A stretch of DNA of 64,000 nucleotides, from the NCBI GenBank assembly GCA_963815115.1, contig CAWFFN010000008.1:416001-480000 (forward strand), in the 5' to 3' direction. Below, piece after piece: positions 60,131 to 64,000 of the stretch; the stretch's first letter is position 1; each line of letters starts with the position of its first letter. A program made the position numbers and the translations under genes. The stretch is from an uncultured delta proteobacterium (GTDB taxonomy: Bacteria > Desulfobacterota > Binatia > DP-6). The notes under the pieces are model-generated. The model worked only from the letters and a program-made list of their open reading frames with translations. It searched no databases and had not been told where the DNA came from.

Positions 60131-61222
60131 GTGAGCGAGGCAGAGGCACACGTCGCCGAGACGGCAAGAGCGCTGGGCTTCCCCCTCGTCGGCTGCACAC
60201 CTCTCGCCCCGCTGCCGCGCGAGGAATTCCTCGACCGCTGGCTGGCCCAGGGCCGCGCGGGGGAGATGCGCTACCTCACCACGCGCACTGCGGAGCGGCT
60301 CGACCCCAGGCGGGGATACTCGTGGGCGCGCGCAATCGTCTGTCTCGCCCATCCGTACCAGCCTCCGCCGCCCCCCGAGGGAGACTGGAGGGAAACCCTG
60401 CGCGGACGGATCGCCGCCTATGCCGTCGGCCGCGACTACCACGAGCGAGTGAAGGCGCTGCTCCGGCGCCTGGTCGACCGTCTGCACGTTCGCTGGCCGG
60501 AGGCGACCTTCCGGCCGTACGTCGATACCGGGCCGTTGCTCGAGCGCGAATGGGCAATGCGGGCTGGACTCGGCTGGATCGGCCGAAACACGCTGCTCCT
60601 ACATCGCGCCGCGGGCTCGTACTTCTTCCTGGCCGAGCTGCTCACCGACCTCCCCCTCGCAGCGGTCCCCATGCCGGCCGATCACTGCGGCACCTGCACG
60701 CGCTGCCTCACCGCCTGTCCCACCGGCGCGCTCGAGAACTACACGATGGACCCACGCCGCTGCCTCGCCTACCTCACCATCGAGCACCGCAGCGCCATCC
60801 CCGTCGCGCTCCGCTCCGCGCTCGACAACTGGGTGTTCGGTTGCGACATCTGCCAGGAGGTCTGTCCCTGGAACCGTGACGCGCGCGCACCCGCCGACGA
60901 GACGCTCGCGCCCCGTCTCCCGGATCTGCTCGCGCTCGACGACGCCGGCTTCCGGGCGCGCTTCGGCGGCACGGCCGTGACCCGCACCAAGCGCCGCGGG
61001 CTGCTGCGCAACGCCGCCGTCGCGCTGGGCAACAGCGGGAACCCGGCTGCCGTCCCGCCGCTGATCGCTGCGCTCGCCGATCACGAGCCGCTGGTGCGCG
61101 GGCACGCCGCCTGGGGACTCGGATGCCTCGGCGGACGCGCGGCACGGACTGCGCTCGAGCGCGCGCGGCGGGTCGAGCCGGATCCGGGCGCGCGCAGCGA
61201 GCTCGACGCCGCGCTCGCCTGA
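60131..61222 (+). CDS. queG: tRNA epoxyqueuosine(34) reductase
   Basis: GRIAAYA.G.DYH, YVDTGP.LER, GLGWIG.N, CGTCTRC..CPT, FGCDICQEVCPWN, HEAT-like tail. Confidence 0.92.
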   Translation: MSEAEAHVAETARALGFPLVGCTPLAPLPREEFLDRWLAQGRAGEMRYLTTRTAERLDPRRGYSWARAIVCLAHPYQPPPPPEGDWRETLRGRIAAYAVGRDYHERVKALLRRLVDRLHVRWPEATFRPYVDTGPLLEREWAMRAGLGWIGRNTLLLHRAAGSYFFLAELLTDLPLAAVPMPADHCGTCTRCLTACPTGALENYTMDPRRCLAYLTIEHRSAIPVALRSALDNWVFGCDICQEVCPWNRDARAPADETLAPRLPDLLALDDAGFRARFGGTAVTRTKRRGLLRNAAVALGNSGNPAAVPPLIAALADHEPLVRGHAAWGLGCLGGRAARTALERARRVEPDPGARSELDAALA

Positions 61223-61253
61223 GGAAGCGGCGCGTGCCGGCGCCGCGACGGCG

Positions 61254-62273
61254 TCAGACCAGCGGGCGGCCCTCCTCCGAGACTCCGAGCTCCGCGAGCA
61301 GCCGATCGCGCACGACGGCGGCGGCGCGCGACTGGGCCTCGGGATCCTTGCCGACGGGAATGCGTCCGCCGGCGATCTGGTCGTGGCCACCCGCCAGCTT
61401 GCTCCCGAGCACGCGCTGCAGGATCTCGCCGGCGTTGGTCTCGCGCTCCGTGGTGCGGATCGAGCAGTGCAGGCAGCCCTCGAACGTGCCGATGGCGGCG
61501 GCCCAGTCGACGCGGTCGAGCCGCAGCAGGAAGTCGGCCACCTCCGCCACCATGTCCGGGTATTGCACCTCGTCGAGCACCGAGAGGACGATCCGCTCAC
61601 CGTAGAGGACGGCCTTGTCGATCGCCTCGCGGAAGATGCGGAAGTACTCGCGCGGCACGCGCGCGTTCTCGATCTTGGCGAGCCGTCGCTTGTTCGTGTA
61701 CGGATACAGGAAGTGCGCCGCCTCGATGTCGGCCGGGGTGGCCTCGCGGCCGAGGTCCTGGGTCTCGGCGGTGATCCCGTAGAACAGCGCCGTGGCGATC
61801 TTGTGGTCCACGGGAAGCTTCGACTCCCGGAGGTACTCGGTGAGGATCGTCGAGGTCGCGCCGTACGCGTCGCGCAGGTCGAGGAAGGGCACGCCGGGAT
61901 ACTCGGCATACGCGGGGTGATGGTCGATCACCACGTGCGGGACGATGCCGTCCGGCAGCGAGTTGTTGGGACGGCCGGGTTGCGTGTCCACGAGCGCAAT
62001 CTGCGTCTCGCCGTCGAAGCGCACCTCGCTCACCGGCTTGAGGTCGATGTTCAGGTAGGTGCGCATGGCACGGTTCTCGGCGCGCCCGACGATGCCGCCG
62101 AGCGCGATCTCGGCCGGCTTGTCGAGGAGTGAGCCCGCAATGAACTTGAGCGCCGCCGCACTCGCCATCGAGTCGGGGTCGGGATTGTCGTGCGGCAGGA
62201 TCACCAGCGGTCCCGGGCGATCGAGGGCGTGCAGCAGGCTCGCGATCACCCCGCGACTCGGGGGGGATGCCAT
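61254..62273 (-). CDS. DHH family phosphoesterase
   Basis: HDNPDPD, VD, IDHH, GATSTI, AGGH..AGG. Confidence 0.88.
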   Translation of the reverse strand: MASPPSRGVIASLLHALDRPGPLVILPHDNPDPDSMASAAALKFIAGSLLDKPAEIALGGIVGRAENRAMRTYLNIDLKPVSEVRFDGETQIALVDTQPGRPNNSLPDGIVPHVVIDHHPAYAEYPGVPFLDLRDAYGATSTILTEYLRESKLPVDHKIATALFYGITAETQDLGREATPADIEAAHFLYPYTNKRRLAKIENARVPREYFRIFREAIDKAVLYGERIVLSVLDEVQYPDMVAEVADFLLRLDRVDWAAAIGTFEGCLHCSIRTTERETNAGEILQRVLGSKLAGGHDQIAGGRIPVGKDPEAQSRAAAVVRDRLLAELGVSEEGRPLV

Positions 62274-62369
62274 CGGGTGGGCGGGAGTATGGACCGGTGC
62301 CCTGCACGTGTCCATCCCTGGTCGCGATCGCGTTGGCACGGCCGGAGCCCTCTGCTAGCGTGCATGCGC

Positions 62370-63809
62370 ATGCAGCCCGCGCGCCCCGATCGATTCGTTC
62401 TCGAGCGGTTCGGCCTGACCGGGCGCGCGCTCGAGAACGTGCTCGGGACAGCGCTCGAGCGCCGCGCCGACTGGGCCGATTGCTACTTCGAGCTCGCCGG
62501 CGTGCAAACGGCATCGCTCGAGGACGGCGTCGTCAAGAAGGCGACACGGAACGTCCGGCAAGGTGTCGGCGTGCGCGTGCTCGCGGGTGCGCGCAGCGGC
62601 TACGCCTACTCGGACGAGATCACCCTCGAGCGTCTCGAGCTGGCAGCGCGCACCGCGCGCGTGATCGCCGATCACGGCGCCGAGACGGCGGCCGTGGCGC
62701 CTGCCCTGCCGTCCCTCCAGCAGCGCGATCTCTATCCCCTCGCGGGATCGCTGCTCGAGACACCGCTGGCCGACCAGGTCGCGCTCCTCACCCGACTCGA
62801 CGCGATCGCTCGCGCCCATGACCCCGCGATCACCAACGTGATGGCGGGGCTCGGTCTCGAGCACCGCGTCGTGCTCGTGGCCGGTCCGGAGGGACTGCTG
62901 GTTGGCGACGTCCGCCCGCTGCTGCGCGTGAGCGTCATGTGCATCGCCGAGCGGGGCGGCCGGCGCACGCAGGGAACGGCGGGCGGGGGCGGACGGTACG
63001 AGTTCTCGGCGCTCCTCGACGGACGGGCCGAGCGCTTCGCCCGCGAGGCGGCACGGCAGGCCATCGTGAACCTCGACGCCGTTCCCGCCCCGGCCGGGAG
63101 CACGACGGTCGTGCTCGGGCCGGGATGGCCGGGCATCCTGCTGCACGAGGCCATCGGGCACGGGCTCGAGGGCGACTTCAACCGCAAGCGCACGTCCGCC
63201 TTCACCGACCGCATCGGCACGCGGGTGGCGTCGGAGCTCTGCACGGTGGTCGACGACGGCACGCTCCCGGGACGCCGGGGCTCACTCAACGTCGACGACG
63301 AGGGCACGCCGACGGGACGCACGATGCTCATCGAGCGGGGCATCCTGCGCGGCTACCTGCAGGACCGGCTCAACGCGGCACTGATGGGCATGCCGCTCAC
63401 CGGCAACGGCCGGCGCGAGAGCTTCGCCCATCTCCCGATGCCCCGCATGACCAACACCTTCATGCTCGCCGGCGAGGACGCGCCCGAGGACATCATCCGC
63501 TCCGTCGACCGCGGGCTGTACGCCGTGTCGTTCGGTGGCGGGCAGGTCGACATCACCTCCGGCAAGTTCGTCTTCTCGGCGAGCGAGGCATATCTCATCG
63601 AGGGCGGCGTCGTCGGGCGCCCGGTACGGGACGCCACGCTCATCGGCAACGGCCCGGACGTCCTCACCCGCATCACGCGCGTCGGCAGCGACCTCGCACT
63701 CGACGAGGGCCTCGGCACCTGCGGCAAGGACGGCCAGTCCGTCCCCGTCGGCGTCGGGCTGCCCACCGTACGCATCGACGGCCTCACCGTCGGCGGGACC
63801 GGCGCGTGA
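62370..63809 (+). CDS. tldD: Metalloprotease TldD
   Basis: GILLHEAIGHGLEGDFNRK, DDEG, GNGRRES..P.PRMTNT, CGKDGQSVPVGVG.PT. Confidence 0.93.
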   Translation: MQPARPDRFVLERFGLTGRALENVLGTALERRADWADCYFELAGVQTASLEDGVVKKATRNVRQGVGVRVLAGARSGYAYSDEITLERLELAARTARVIADHGAETAAVAPALPSLQQRDLYPLAGSLLETPLADQVALLTRLDAIARAHDPAITNVMAGLGLEHRVVLVAGPEGLLVGDVRPLLRVSVMCIAERGGRRTQGTAGGGGRYEFSALLDGRAERFAREAARQAIVNLDAVPAPAGSTTVVLGPGWPGILLHEAIGHGLEGDFNRKRTSAFTDRIGTRVASELCTVVDDGTLPGRRGSLNVDDEGTPTGRTMLIERGILRGYLQDRLNAALMGMPLTGNGRRESFAHLPMPRMTNTFMLAGEDAPEDIIRSVDRGLYAVSFGGGQVDITSGKFVFSASEAYLIEGGVVGRPVRDATLIGNGPDVLTRITRVGSDLALDEGLGTCGKDGQSVPVGVGLPTVRIDGLTVGGTGA

Positions 63810-64000
63810 CCGGCGGCGACCTGCGCGACATCACCGAGCGACTGGTCCGCGATGCGCTGGCGGCGGGGGCACGAGCGGCCGACGCCCTCGCCGGAGAGAG
63901 CGACGGTCTCGAGGTCGGCGTCCGCCTGGGCGCCGTCGAGAAGATCAAGCGGGCGCGCGAGCGGCGCGCCGGGCTGCGGGTCTTCGTGGGCGACTCGACC
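63806..64000 (+). CDS. TldE/PmbA family protein (3' partial)
   Basis: GTG overlaps the tldD stop; GARAADA..V.VRLG.VE..GLRVFVG. Confidence 0.75.
   Translation, partial: MTGGDLRDITERLVRDALAAGARAADALAGESDGLEVGVRLGAVEKIKRARERRAGLRVFVGDST

Overview
Gene-dense, very GC-rich bacterial chromosomal window with about 63 CDS, partial genes at both ends, and no rRNA, tRNA, CRISPR array, transposase or integrase that I could see. The mix of Cys/Lys-rich modular secreted proteins with Thr-rich linkers, SCP-x thiolases, LLM/F420 oxidoreductases and paired acyl-CoA dehydrogenases resembles Candidatus Binatia (Binatota); this taxonomic call is an inference. Housekeeping genes include nadE, infA, gluQ, clpS-clpA, queG, tldD-tldE and an alkB homologue. 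Three genes carry single-base insertions (gluQ and two LLM genes), which suggests long-read or assembly errors, and two genes are decayed remnants. The most interesting features are: (1) a set of secreted multidomain proteins with repeated Cys/Lys modules, including a beta-helix-cytochrome c fusion followed by a pentaheme cytochrome; (2) an orphan sigma-28 (FliA/WhiG) gene followed by a minimal FlgM-like ORF with its own sigma-28-type promoter; (3) a divergent Lgt-like protein paired with a Cys-rich secreted protein; (4) a membrane-anchored rhodanese-DUF59 fusion; (5) three GT-C-like membrane proteins plus GT2 and methyltransferase genes that could glycosylate the Thr-rich linkers; (6) a recurrent leaderless-mRNA signature. 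All product calls come from motif recognition by eye; no database search was run.
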